DNA from: an uncultured virus (IMG/VR IMGVR_UViG_3300049982_000206)
Lineage: Duplodnaviria; Heunggongvirae; Uroviricota; Caudoviricetes
Direction: 5' to 3' (one strand)
Length of the DNA stretch: 64,000 nucleotides
Virus record (IMG/VR): IMGVR_UViG_3300049982_000206
How positions within the stretch are numbered: the first letter of the stretch is position 1; the number at the start of each line of letters is the position of its first letter. The translations under genes were made by a program, and so were the position numbers. The notes beneath the pieces were generated by a model. The model was not told the DNA's origin. It did not search any database and saw only the letters and a program-made list of their open reading frames with translations. Of this stretch, positions 8,941 through 18,346 are shown piece after piece.

Positions 8941-9447
8941 ATGACGACTCACCAGACCCCACCGCCCAAGCAAGCCTCGATGACGCGTGAGCAGTGGCAG
9001 GCGATGGTCCAGGTGGCCAACGACTCGGCCGCGACCGAACCGGTTGACTGGAACGAGACGACCTCACCGCACTTCCAGCCCAGCATCTGGCGCCGGTGGC
9101 TGTGGCACTTCGCCATCCCGATCGGCGAGATCAGGCCCGGCGTACAGGAGATCACCGCCCACTCGGGAACAGCGCTGACCCGGGCCGGCGCCAAACGGAA
9201 GATCGCCCGCCTCGTCACGCGCCACTTCGACGAAGCCGCCGGCCGCGACCCGCACGGGCGCGCCCTCGACGAGGTCCGCCGGATCAGCCTCTGCATCCTG
9301 ATCCTCCTCGGCTTCGCCCTGTTCATGAACTCCCTCGGCTGCGGGCCGTCGGCCCTGGGCGGCGCGCTCCTGGTCACGGCAGCGGTCGGGATAGGTGCCA
9401 CGTTGGTCAAGGCGCGCCGCGCTCGTGGCCGCCATCGCCATGACTGA
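8941..9447 (+). CDS. hypothetical membrane protein
   Basis: two C-terminal hydrophobic helices; AGGAG RBS. Confidence 0.65.
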   Translation: MTTHQTPPPKQASMTREQWQAMVQVANDSAATEPVDWNETTSPHFQPSIWRRWLWHFAIPIGEIRPGVQEITAHSGTALTRAGAKRKIARLVTRHFDEAAGRDPHGRALDEVRRISLCILILLGFALFMNSLGCGPSALGGALLVTAAVGIGATLVKARRARGRHRHD

Positions 9448-9521
9448 CGCAAAGCGTGTGTACACCCGGGCGGGATCGGCCTACTGTGGAGACGACAGCC
9501 CTCCACAGAGGCAGGTGCGCC

Positions 9522-9716
9522 ATGCTGCTGACGACCGCAGACCTTCCCGCCAACTTCCGAGCCGACTTCACCGACCCGAAGACGCTGCGCGCCGTACGGG
9601 CGTCCCGACTCCGCCTCGACCTCGACCGCTGTCAGCACGGCCGGACAGACTGCCCTTCCTGTCTGCTCGATGCTGCCCGGCAGCTGGTCGAGGACGCCAC
9701 ACAGCCCACCGCCTGA
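9522..9716 (+). CDS. small hypothetical protein (CxH..CxxC)
   Basis: ORF followed by hairpin 9728-9761. Confidence 0.55.
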   Translation: MLLTTADLPANFRADFTDPKTLRAVRASRLRLDLDRCQHGRTDCPSCLLDAARQLVEDATQPTA

Positions 9717-9766
9717 CCCCTCCCCTGCGCGCCCCACGAGCCTTCGGGATTCGTGGGGCGCTCGTC

Positions 9767-9826
9767 TTGCCGAGTATGTTAAGGGTGTGTACGCTGGAGT
9801 CATTCAGGCCGGACGAGCACCCGGCC
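9767..9826 (+). promoter_or_regulatory. class I unit
   Basis: TTGCCG-17-TACGCT; GGCCGG-ACGAGCAC-CCGGCC. Confidence 0.85.
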
Positions 9827-9846
9827 GCCAGGACTAGGAGAAAACC

Positions 9847-9996
9847 ATGAACACGCTGCCCACCCGAGTCACCCGCTCCGTCGTCCGCGACCAGCGCCGT
9901 AGCTGCTTCGGCCGGCGCGCGACCGGCCGCTACCTGCTCGCCGGCCGCGCCAACGCCGACCGCAACGCCATCGCCGCTTCCCTCGCCGGGTTCTGA
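9847..9996 (+). CDS. 49-aa basic peptide (below ORF-track cutoff)
   Basis: AGGAG-N6-ATG after class I unit; MNTLPTRVTRSVVRDQRR... Confidence 0.7.
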   Translation: MNTLPTRVTRSVVRDQRRSCFGRRATGRYLLAGRANADRNAIAASLAGF

Positions 9997-10002
9997 TCCC
10001 AG

Positions 10003-10488
10003 ATGCCCGCCCGCGACCACCTGGCAACGGTCACGCAGCTCCCGGTCCCCGATCCCGTCTACCTGACGAAGATCCCCAACACCGCGAACATGAGCCTCGA
10101 CATCGACCGCACGAAGCTGCGCCGTCACATCCTGGCGGCCCGGCTTCACCACGGATCGGACGGCGTACACGGCTCCTGCTACTGCGGTCGACGCCCCAGC
10201 CCTCGCGGCATCCCGCGCGACATGTGGAACCACATCAAGCAGGAGATCGCCGCCGCCACCCACCTGCCCTTCGAGTACGTCGCCGCGATCATGGACATCC
10301 ACCACTCGGCCGCCCAGATGGCGACCGGTGACATGCGCTGCCACTGCGGCGAGACCTACAGCGACGAGGACAGCTACGGCAACGAACGCCACCAGGCCGA
10401 AGCCATCGCCGCCAACGCCCCGGCCGCCGACGTCACCCGGTGCCTCGCCGCAATCCGCGCAGCAGGCCGAAAGCCCACAGGAGACTGA
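10003..10488 (+). CDS. hypothetical His/Cys-rich protein
   Basis: repeated C-x-C-G / H motifs. Confidence 0.65.
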   Translation: MPARDHLATVTQLPVPDPVYLTKIPNTANMSLDIDRTKLRRHILAARLHHGSDGVHGSCYCGRRPSPRGIPRDMWNHIKQEIAAATHLPFEYVAAIMDIHHSAAQMATGDMRCHCGETYSDEDSYGNERHQAEAIAANAPAADVTRCLAAIRAAGRKPTGD

Positions 10489-10492
10489 CCTC

Positions 10493-11260
10493 ATGGATCC
10501 CATTACCGCCCGCACCCCGAAGGGGACCGCAGTCGGCTCCGCGAAGGGCATCGTCCACCTGTTCGACTGGACCTACGCGGACCGACTGACCACCACCGCG
10601 AACGTGGTGGTGGTCAAGGTCATCGGCATGTGCGGCAAGGTCCTACGTGGCAAGCCAGTCATCCGCGAAGGCGATCAGCCGACCTGCCAGGAATGCGTGG
10701 ACGAGCGCGACTACCGCGCCGCCGAGACAGCAGGCTTCGAGCACCGCGTGCGCGCTGTCCGGCGCCCACTCGGCCACAGCCGGATCGCTGGCAACAACGC
10801 GATGCGGTACGGCGCTCAGGTCGACTGCTACACCTGCCCGGCTGCCACCTACGACCAGCGCACAATTTGGTACTCCAACGAGTCCGGCCAGAAGCCCCGC
10901 GCGGAGGAGATTGCCCGCCAGCACTTCCTCACCAAGTACCGCGAGCACCTCGCGGCAGCCAAGCCGGCGTCGGCAACCTCGATCACGCCCTCGCGGCTGA
11001 CCGAACTCCGCGCCGAAGGCCTCGCCAAGGTGAGCCAGTTCGTAGACCCGCATGTGATTGCCCGCGTCGGCGCCATCCTGGACGCCCGAGGAGAAGCCTG
11101 GGCAGCCGCGGTGCTGGGACGCGACATCTCCCGTCGCAGCCTCGGCGTACCGAACCGGCCGTACCTCCGCAACGGCGACGAGTACACCCTCGTTGCCGCT
11201 GACATCGAAGAGGACCGCGCGCGGTTCGCTGCGATCACGGAGACCGGAGACGACGCCTGA
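10493..11260 (+). CDS. hypothetical protein with CxxC motifs
   Basis: AGGAG RBS, TGATG coupling downstream. Confidence 0.7.
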   Translation: MDPITARTPKGTAVGSAKGIVHLFDWTYADRLTTTANVVVVKVIGMCGKVLRGKPVIREGDQPTCQECVDERDYRAAETAGFEHRVRAVRRPLGHSRIAGNNAMRYGAQVDCYTCPAATYDQRTIWYSNESGQKPRAEEIARQHFLTKYREHLAAAKPASATSITPSRLTELRAEGLAKVSQFVDPHVIARVGAILDARGEAWAAAVLGRDISRRSLGVPNRPYLRNGDEYTLVAADIEEDRARFAAITETGDDA

Positions 11261-11613
11261 TGACCGGCCTCGGACTGACCGACCCGCAGATGCACGCCCT
11301 CCAGGCGGTGTACGACCTGTCCGGCGAAGCCGACGGGCGCTGCGAGATGGTCAGCCCGAGGCAGATTGCTCTCCGGCTGTGGCCAGACTCGGCCGCCTGG
11401 GACCGGCGACCACGCCGTCGCGATGGCCACTTCGGTGGCCGTGGCGGCACGATGCCGATGAAAGCCGGGAAACTGCTGTGGACACTGCACAGCCGCGGCC
11501 TGGTCCACCGACACGAGATCCGCAACCTCTGGGCAGTGACAGGCCACGGCATGAACGTTGTCCACGCCGCCAATGCCGTACTGACCCTCCCGACCCTGGA
11601 GCAGACCCCGTGA
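11260..11613 (+). CDS. hypothetical (winged-helix-like) protein
   Basis: coupled ORF. Confidence 0.6.
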   Translation: MTGLGLTDPQMHALQAVYDLSGEADGRCEMVSPRQIALRLWPDSAAWDRRPRRRDGHFGGRGGTMPMKAGKLLWTLHSRGLVHRHEIRNLWAVTGHGMNVVHAANAVLTLPTLEQTP

Positions 11614-12695
11614 CCGTCGCCGAGCAACTGGCGCTGAACTTCAACGCCGGAACCGTGCTGAATGCGTTCGCAGGCCCGGCAGGCTGGGAAGAAGGCGCCC
11701 AGATCATCGGGATCAACACCGACGAGATCCTCGGCGTCGAGATCAACGAGCAGGCATGTACGGCCGCCGTCACCGCCGGGCACAGCCGACACCGGGGAGA
11801 TATCCGAGACGTCGACCCAGCCGACTACCCACACGTCATTGGCTTCCTGTGCTCATCTCCCTGCCCCACCTTCAGTAAGAGCGGCATCCGCTCCGGACTC
11901 GGCGATGACTACCAGGTACTCCTAGATGTGATCACCCATGCCGGCGCGGCGTACTGCCGTTGCACTTGGCAAGAGATCGAGACCGAACTCGGCGTCTGCA
12001 CGGACCCGCGCACCGCACTCGCTGCACAGACGATTCGGTTCGCGCTCGGTCTCCCAAACCTGGAATGGCTCGCGTTCGAGCAGGTCCCGGGAGCCGAGTT
12101 CATGTTCGAGGACATCGCCGCAGAACTCTTGTCCTACGACGACGAAACCGACGAAGGACCCGGGTGGGTGTCCGCGGACGTGATCACCGTCGAAGCCACC
12201 GACCTCGGCATGCCGGTGCGCCGTACTCGCACGTTCCTGGTCGCCCGCCGATCCACCCCGCTAGGCGGGCGCGGCGTCGCTGACCCGGCGCTCGCCCGGC
12301 ACCTGGACTTCACCCCGCACACCTTCGCCGAGGTCCTCGGCTGGGAGCCCGGCCACTCCGTGCGTACCCGCGCCAACCGGCGCCCCACCGGAGGCAACCT
12401 GTTCCCCGCTGACGGACTGGGCTGGTGCCTGACCGAGAAGGCACGCACCTGGGAACGTGACGCCGACGGCCGCCGGCTGACCGCAGCGGAAGCCGGGCTG
12501 CTACAAGGCTTCCGCGCCGACTACCCATGGCACGGATCCCGTACCCGCCAGTTCCACCAGTTGGCCGACGTCGTGCTGCCGCCGGTCGCGGCCGCCGTAC
12601 TCGGCTACGTCACCGGCACGCAGTGGACCGCGCCAGTCCGGGATTACCTCGACATGCTGTACGGCGGCGCTGCTGCCAGGAAGGAAACTGCCTGA
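11610..12695 (+). CDS. DNA (cytosine-5)-methyltransferase
   Basis: motif I AFAGPAG, catalytic SPCPTFS, EQV, RxR, LQGF. Confidence 0.88.
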   Translation: MTVAEQLALNFNAGTVLNAFAGPAGWEEGAQIIGINTDEILGVEINEQACTAAVTAGHSRHRGDIRDVDPADYPHVIGFLCSSPCPTFSKSGIRSGLGDDYQVLLDVITHAGAAYCRCTWQEIETELGVCTDPRTALAAQTIRFALGLPNLEWLAFEQVPGAEFMFEDIAAELLSYDDETDEGPGWVSADVITVEATDLGMPVRRTRTFLVARRSTPLGGRGVADPALARHLDFTPHTFAEVLGWEPGHSVRTRANRRPTGGNLFPADGLGWCLTEKARTWERDADGRRLTAAEAGLLQGFRADYPWHGSRTRQFHQLADVVLPPVAAAVLGYVTGTQWTAPVRDYLDMLYGGAAARKETA

Positions 12696-14431
12696 TGACG
12701 CTTCACATCGCGAAGGGCTTCGATCTGCCGGACCAGGCCGTCACACAGACCTTCGGCATCCTCGCCGTACGCCGCTCCGGAAAGTCGAACGCGGCCGTCG
12801 TCATGGCCGAGGAGATGTACGACGCCGGCCTCCCGTGGGTCGCGATCGACCCCAAGGGCGACTGGTGGGGCATGCGGTCATCTGGCGACGGCAAGAAACC
12901 CGGCCTGTCCGTGCTGGTGTTCGGCGGCGACCACGCCGACGTACCACTCGAACCGACCGGCGGCGACCTCGTAGCGGACCTGATCGTTGACCAGCGCATC
13001 ACCTGCATCCTCGACACGTCCGAGATGACCAAGGCCGACCAGCGTCGCTTCCTGCTGGCGTTCGCGACCCGCCTCTACAAGCGAAACCGGCTCCCGCTGC
13101 ACGTGTTCTGCGAGGAGGCAGACGAGTACATCCCGCAGCGCGTACTCGGCGAAGACACCAAGCTGGTTCGGGCATTCGAGATCCTGATCAAGCGCGGCGG
13201 CAACCGCGGGATCGGGTCGACGGTCATCACGCAACGATCCGCCTCGCTGAACAACGACGTCCTCACCCAGATCGAGACGCTGTTCGCGATGCGCACGCTC
13301 GGTACGCCGGACCGCAAGGCCGTCAAGGACTGGGCGACCGGCCACTCCACCGGGGTCGACGTGATCGCCGAGCTGCCGCAGCTACAGCAGGGCGAAGCCT
13401 GGGTGTTCTCGCCGTTCTTCCTGCAGACCGTGGAGAAGATCCAGTTCCGGCAGCGCCGCACGTTCGACTCCGGAGCGACACCCGAGGTCGGTAAGGAGAT
13501 CATCACGCCCACCCGGCGCGCCAAGGTCGACCTGGACGCGATCAAAGACGCGATGGCGGACACGATCGAACGCGCACAAGCCGACGACCCGAAGAAGCTC
13601 CGCGCACAGATCGCCGACCTTCAGCGCCAACTGAGAGAACCCAGGGTCCGCGTTCCCGACCCGATCCGCATCGAGGTCCCGGCAGTCACGGACGAGATGC
13701 TGGCGGCGTTGCACGTTGCGGCGAGGGATCTCAACAAGCAAGTTACCGCCTTGCAAGAGGCAGTTGCCCGCTCGGCCACAGCCGTCGGCGAGGCGATCGC
13801 TCCCCTGGTCGCGGCGCTCCAGAAGGCCACGCCGACCAACAAGATGCTTCAGCAGCTCGCGGCGCCACCGGCAGCCCGCCCGAACCGGGCCATCCCGCCG
13901 GCTTCATCCCCTGCCCGAACCGCGCCCGCCGACGTCGACCCCGATGTACGACTCCGGAAAGGTGCTCATCGGATGGTCGAAGCGCTCGGCCGGATGGCGC
14001 CGCTGCGCCTCACCAAGGCCCAGTGGGGCACCGTCGCGAAGCTCAAGACCAGTGGCGGGACCTGGTCGACGTACCTCGGCGACATTCGCCGCGCCGGGCT
14101 CCTCGACGGGGACCCAGTTGCCGGCTACACCCTCACCCCTGCTGGGTTCGACTACCTTGGCGGCCGACCGACCCCGATGACACCCACCGAACTCCAGGTC
14201 TACTACCGCTCGATCCTCCGCGCCGGCGCCGCGAAGATGCTCGACGCACTCATCGACGCGCACCCTGGCAGCCTGACCCGCGAAGAGATCGGTGCCGCCG
14301 CCGACATCGCCATCACCGGCGGCACCTTCTCCACCTACCTCGGCGACCTGACCCGTAATGGCCTGGCCGAACGCCAGCCGGACGGAACCGTCGTAGCCAC
14401 CAACGTCCTGATCTACGGAGCCAACCAGTGA
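12695..14431 (+). CDS. HerA/FtsK-superfamily ATPase with coiled coil and duplicated C-terminal winged helix
   Basis: Walker A RRSGKS, IDPKGD, Walker B FCEEAD, GGNRG, TQRSA. Confidence 0.85.
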   Translation: MTLHIAKGFDLPDQAVTQTFGILAVRRSGKSNAAVVMAEEMYDAGLPWVAIDPKGDWWGMRSSGDGKKPGLSVLVFGGDHADVPLEPTGGDLVADLIVDQRITCILDTSEMTKADQRRFLLAFATRLYKRNRLPLHVFCEEADEYIPQRVLGEDTKLVRAFEILIKRGGNRGIGSTVITQRSASLNNDVLTQIETLFAMRTLGTPDRKAVKDWATGHSTGVDVIAELPQLQQGEAWVFSPFFLQTVEKIQFRQRRTFDSGATPEVGKEIITPTRRAKVDLDAIKDAMADTIERAQADDPKKLRAQIADLQRQLREPRVRVPDPIRIEVPAVTDEMLAALHVAARDLNKQVTALQEAVARSATAVGEAIAPLVAALQKATPTNKMLQQLAAPPAARPNRAIPPASSPARTAPADVDPDVRLRKGAHRMVEALGRMAPLRLTKAQWGTVAKLKTSGGTWSTYLGDIRRAGLLDGDPVAGYTLTPAGFDYLGGRPTPMTPTELQVYYRSILRAGAAKMLDALIDAHPGSLTREEIGAAADIAITGGTFSTYLGDLTRNGLAERQPDGTVVATNVLIYGANQ

Positions 14432-14790
14432 CCGAGGTCCGCAGCGTCCCTGTCCTCTTCGACTTCGACTACACGAGACCACAAGGCCGAGCTGAGTTCG
14501 ACACGTCGACCAGCGAACTGACTATCCGGATCCGGCGCCGTACTCATCTCTGGGAGATTCTCGCCGGGGACGACACCTTGGGCGTCGTAGTGGCATTGAG
14601 CGTCCGGCGGCGGAACCCGATGACCGATCCGCCTACTCCCAAGCCCAGCAGGCGCAGCAAGGTAGCGCCGGAGGAAGTTGCCCTGGATGTCTTACGGCGG
14701 CTCTCGGAGGACTCGACCGACGGCCGGCTGCGCGACGCGATAGCTCAGGTGCGGTCGGCACTTCACGACGATCTGGAAAGTCGCGAATAG
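14428..14790 (+). CDS. hypothetical protein
   Basis: GTGA overlap. Confidence 0.5.
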   Translation: MTEVRSVPVLFDFDYTRPQGRAEFDTSTSELTIRIRRRTHLWEILAGDDTLGVVVALSVRRRNPMTDPPTPKPSRRSKVAPEEVALDVLRRLSEDSTDGRLRDAIAQVRSALHDDLESRE

Positions 14791-14841
14791 CCACTCCCCC
14801 CGCTGCTACCTACCGCCGCGTTTCTACCTACGGAGCAACCC

Positions 14842-15303
14842 ATGAATCCAGATGCCGCAGGCCTCGCCTACGCCGTACTCCTGCCCACCATGATCGCCAC
14901 CCACTTCATCGCCGACTACTGGGTGCAGACCCACCACCAGGCGCTCACCAAGGGCGGCCCGCGCCGCGAAGGTCCGATCGCGTGTCTCAAGCATGTCGTC
15001 ACCTACACGATCACGACCAGCATGTTCATCGTTCTCGCCTGGTGGCGCTTCGATCTCCAGATCACCGCGCTCGGCCTCGTGGCCGGCTTGCTCGTCAACG
15101 CTGTAACCCACTACTGGGCCGACCGGCGTACCCCGCTGCTCCGTCTCGCTGACCGCCTCGGCAAGGGCGAGTTCGCCCGGCTCGGAACCCCCCGCCCCGG
15201 CCACGACGACAACATCACGCTCGGCACCGGCGCCCACATGCTCGACCAGGCATGGCACATCGGCTGGCTGCTCATCGCCGCCCACGTCACCGTCAGCTTC
15301 TGA
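14842..15303 (+). CDS. DUF3307-like membrane protein
   Basis: HxxADxxxQT, HxxAD, DQxxH motifs in TM helices. Confidence 0.75.
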   Translation: MNPDAAGLAYAVLLPTMIATHFIADYWVQTHHQALTKGGPRREGPIACLKHVVTYTITTSMFIVLAWWRFDLQITALGLVAGLLVNAVTHYWADRRTPLLRLADRLGKGEFARLGTPRPGHDDNITLGTGAHMLDQAWHIGWLLIAAHVTVSF

Positions 15304-15315
15304 GAGGAACCCTGA

Positions 15316-15768
15316 ATGATCTTCCGCAAGCGCCCGATCGCCGCCGAGGCGCCGGCCCCCGAGGTTGTCGAGATCACTCTCGAACAGCTCAAGGTGATCG
15401 AGAACGTAATCCGGCGAGCCCGTGCGATGTCTCGAGAGTTGCTGTCCACCGACCGGTACCGATTCCGCGAACTGGGGTCGGACCTCGTGGCCACGCTGTA
15501 CCAGCGTGCAGGCGCCGCGTCGGTCGTCGAACAGGACGTCGACCGCGCGCGGGTCCCTTTCTTCGTTCACGAGTTCGACAAGCTGGATGCAGCGGTCGAT
15601 TGCATCGACTCAGGTCTGCAGCGGACAGGCGATGCGACCCTCGTCAGGCAAGGCCGCGAGCTGATGAACCAGTGCAACGCGCTTCTCGGCCGGGCCCGCG
15701 CCATCCAGAACCTCGGTGGTACGGCGGCGTTCGTTCGTGCCGAACTCGGTGACGGGGAGACGTCGTGA
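15316..15768 (+). CDS. hypothetical protein
   Basis: GAGG RBS, coupled. Confidence 0.65.
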   Translation: MIFRKRPIAAEAPAPEVVEITLEQLKVIENVIRRARAMSRELLSTDRYRFRELGSDLVATLYQRAGAASVVEQDVDRARVPFFVHEFDKLDAAVDCIDSGLQRTGDATLVRQGRELMNQCNALLGRARAIQNLGGTAAFVRAELGDGETS

Positions 15769-16220
15769 CCGTGATCAGCTTCAGGGCGTACCCCATCGGC
15801 GTTCACGAGACCGTCAGCGACGATGCCCTACGCAACCTGGCAGGCCAGACGTTCGTGTTCCGCGATGGCGACCGCGAGATCGCCGCCAGCGTGATCTCGG
15901 CCGTCGTACGGGAAGGATGGATCGTCGTCACCTCGGACGTTGCCGACGACGCTTTCACCGCCCAGATGGCCGAAGAGTTCATGATCGGCCCGCTCACAGT
16001 CCGCGTCCTACCGGACATGCCAGACCTGCACTGGCGTCTGCCAATCCCGGCCAAGCCGGACTGGGCAACCGTCACCGGCTCGATCGGGCCGGCCCGCCTG
16101 AAGCAGACGCTCACCGACGGCCTCCGGCCGGACGCTGCCGAGCGCTGGTGGGACGACCGCTGCGCTGACGCCAGCGGCGAACACCTACTCGGCCCCGCGT
16201 ACCAGTGGGTGTCCCCCTGA
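15765..16220 (+). CDS. hypothetical protein
   Basis: GTGA overlap. Confidence 0.6.
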   Translation: MTVISFRAYPIGVHETVSDDALRNLAGQTFVFRDGDREIAASVISAVVREGWIVVTSDVADDAFTAQMAEEFMIGPLTVRVLPDMPDLHWRLPIPAKPDWATVTGSIGPARLKQTLTDGLRPDAAERWWDDRCADASGEHLLGPAYQWVSP

Positions 16221-16506
16221 TCGGACTCGCGAGCCCGCCGAGCACGACGCTCAGCGTGTGCACGGCGTACCCTGAGCCCGTGACCCCACCCCCTCCGCCG
16301 CCGCCACGACGGAAGCCACCCGCAGACCCAACACGGGTCTCCCAGAACTGTGCCGAAGGCAAGCATCTCCTCTGCCACGGAACCATCTACGCGTGGCCAC
16401 CCGCCCCCGGCAAGCCACGGTTCATCGACTGCGAGTGCCCCGTCAAGAACTGCGGACACGGCCGCCGCGACCGGTAACTGTCGGCGGACTCCAGTACGGT
16501 GATCTC

Positions 16507-16757
16507 GATCGACGGTGAAAGCGCGAACCCGGGCTCTGCACCTGACTGGCATTCCCGGGCGTACCGAAGCGCTGTGCCGGTGCAGTGTCCGGGGATTCCC
16601 CTCCGGAGCCAGCCCGGTACGGCGTTCTAGGGAAAACTCGAAGCGGTCAGGCACCCCGATCTGCGGCCGGAGCCACCGTGCGTCTCCGGAGTAAGTGAAG
16701 GCGCGGCACTGAGAGCGGCCCCGGCCGGGGGGAGTGTCCCCGGACCCGAGGGCCGCT
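16507..16757 (+). ncRNA. candidate structured non-coding RNA A
   Basis: intergenic; TACGGT -10 at 16495-16500; 13-bp helix with 3 G-U (16568-80/16614-26), closing stem, pseudoknot-compatible pairing, 3' hairpin. Confidence 0.55.
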
Positions 16758-16825
16758 ACCCACGTCTAGAGCCAGTCAGACAGCAGGACTAACGCCTGAC
16801 GCCCGCCGTCGACCACACTGCCGGG

Positions 16826-17398
16826 ATGAACAAGAAGCCCGAGCCGCGCTGGCTCGTCCGCCACGCCAACAGTCTCATCCGCGCCGGTGCTGGCATCGTC
16901 GGACTCGGTGCGCTCGTGTTCGCCGGCTACTGCACGCTGAAGTCCGACAACGAGGTCGGTACGGCGGCGGCGTACGTCGTCGGCTTGTACTTCTCGATCA
17001 TCGCGATCACTGGTCGGGTCCCGAAGCTGAAGATGGGCGACAATGAACTCGACCCGACGTCGCTGGCTATCGGTGCCGCTGCAGGCGTGGCGCAGGTGAC
17101 AGAGGCCGCGGCCGAGAAGGCCGAGCACACAGATGACGCGAAGGAAGTCGTGGCCGCGACTCGCGATGCCGGGCACGACTTCCTCCGCGTCCTCGGGAAC
17201 GTGAAGTTCATCGGCCCGACAAACAGCACCTGGACGTTGAAGGACTCAGACAGCCGTGGTCGGCTTCTCGTCCCGTTTGGCTCACCGGCAAACAGCGACT
17301 GGTACAAGCTCTTCACCGAGTCAGCCGCGAAGATGCAGCGCGACAACAACCCGGACGACGACCCGCCGGACCCAGTTGGCGCCGTACCGAAGGCGTGA
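16826..17398 (+). CDS. membrane protein, probably leaderless
   Basis: two TM helices; CACACT 6 nt before ATG. Confidence 0.65.
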   Translation: MNKKPEPRWLVRHANSLIRAGAGIVGLGALVFAGYCTLKSDNEVGTAAAYVVGLYFSIIAITGRVPKLKMGDNELDPTSLAIGAAAGVAQVTEAAAEKAEHTDDAKEVVAATRDAGHDFLRVLGNVKFIGPTNSTWTLKDSDSRGRLLVPFGSPANSDWYKLFTESAAKMQRDNNPDDDPPDPVGAVPKA

Positions 17399-17438
17399 AC
17401 TGAGCCGGCACGGACTTCCCTGCCCGCCGTACCGCCGG

Positions 17439-17473
17439 TCGCCTCGACGCTAACCGCCACCGCGAGGCACACT
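17439..17473 (+). promoter_or_regulatory. class II promoter, leaderless
   Basis: CTCGAC-GCTAAC-N13-CACACT-N7-ATG 17481. Confidence 0.65.
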
Positions 17474-17480
17474 CGCGAAC

Positions 17481-18068
17481 ATGAGCCCTGCATACGAACC
17501 CTGGATCGGTGATCTGAGCACTGGCCCCGGTTGCCGTCTCCGCTGGGGTGTTGACGGGCCCATCTGCGGCGCTCCCGTGACCCTGCACGTCCTCACCGAA
17601 TCCGCGGCCCGTGGCAAGACGAGCCTGTCCACCTGCGAAACGCACGCCTCCGTCGCCCGCGCCGCCGGCGTCTGGCTCGGCGAGCACTCCCCCAGCTTCC
17701 CCGGCTGCGACTGCGCGCCGATCCCGGGAGCCCCCTCCATCGAACCGCTCGCCCTGGTCCATGCCGCTGGTCATCCCGTACCGGTGATCCTCTCCCACGA
17801 CGGAGTGACCAACGCCGACGCCGACGTCTTCACGCAACCAAGTTCGATTCACGCCCGGCCGCCGTACGATCCCGCGCTGAAGGCCGTGGTCTCCAGCCGG
17901 CCCGGCGTCCACTTCAGCGATGGCGACACCCACTACGCCGTCACCCTCGACGGCCAAGCCGAACCCCTCTGCGGGTACAGCAGCGACCCCGGCGACGCAG
18001 CCACCGCCGTCACCCGGAACTGGAGACTCGTCTCGTGCCCCATCTGCCGGTGGACGGAGACGCCATGA
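17481..18068 (+). CDS. Cys/His-rich hypothetical protein
   Basis: N-terminus paralogous to next ORF. Confidence 0.7.
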   Translation: MSPAYEPWIGDLSTGPGCRLRWGVDGPICGAPVTLHVLTESAARGKTSLSTCETHASVARAAGVWLGEHSPSFPGCDCAPIPGAPSIEPLALVHAAGHPVPVILSHDGVTNADADVFTQPSSIHARPPYDPALKAVVSSRPGVHFSDGDTHYAVTLDGQAEPLCGYSSDPGDAATAVTRNWRLVSCPICRWTETP

Positions 18069-18346
18069 CCCAGGCAGACATCCCGACCAGCGTCGACCCC
18101 TGGATCGGCGACCGCAGCGCAGGAGTCGGCTGCGGGTTCGCCCTCACCCAGGCCGACAACGCCCCCCGCTGCGGACAACCCGTGGCCGTGCACGTCGTCG
18201 CCGAGTCCGTCATTCACGGACTCGTCCGCCTCTCCACATGCCCAGACCACGCCGCCATCGCGCGCAAAGCTGGCCCCGTCCACAGCGAACACACCCCACG
18301 CGACACCCAATGCCTCTCCCTGTGCGACCAGGAAGACCCGAACTGA
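18065..18346 (+). CDS. Cys/His-rich hypothetical protein (paralog of 17481 N-domain)
   Basis: PWIGD..C..CG.PV..HV..ES..LSTC..HA..AR.AG..EH shared. Confidence 0.7.
   Translation: MTQADIPTSVDPWIGDRSAGVGCGFALTQADNAPRCGQPVAVHVVAESVIHGLVRLSTCPDHAAIARKAGPVHSEHTPRDTQCLSLCDQEDPN

Noticed and set aside
16500..16760. tRNA, cobalamin riboswitch, raiA motif or group II intron fragment
   Set aside because: No cloverleaf/T-loop, no ordered B12-box elements, and no domain V or raiA signature that I can match.
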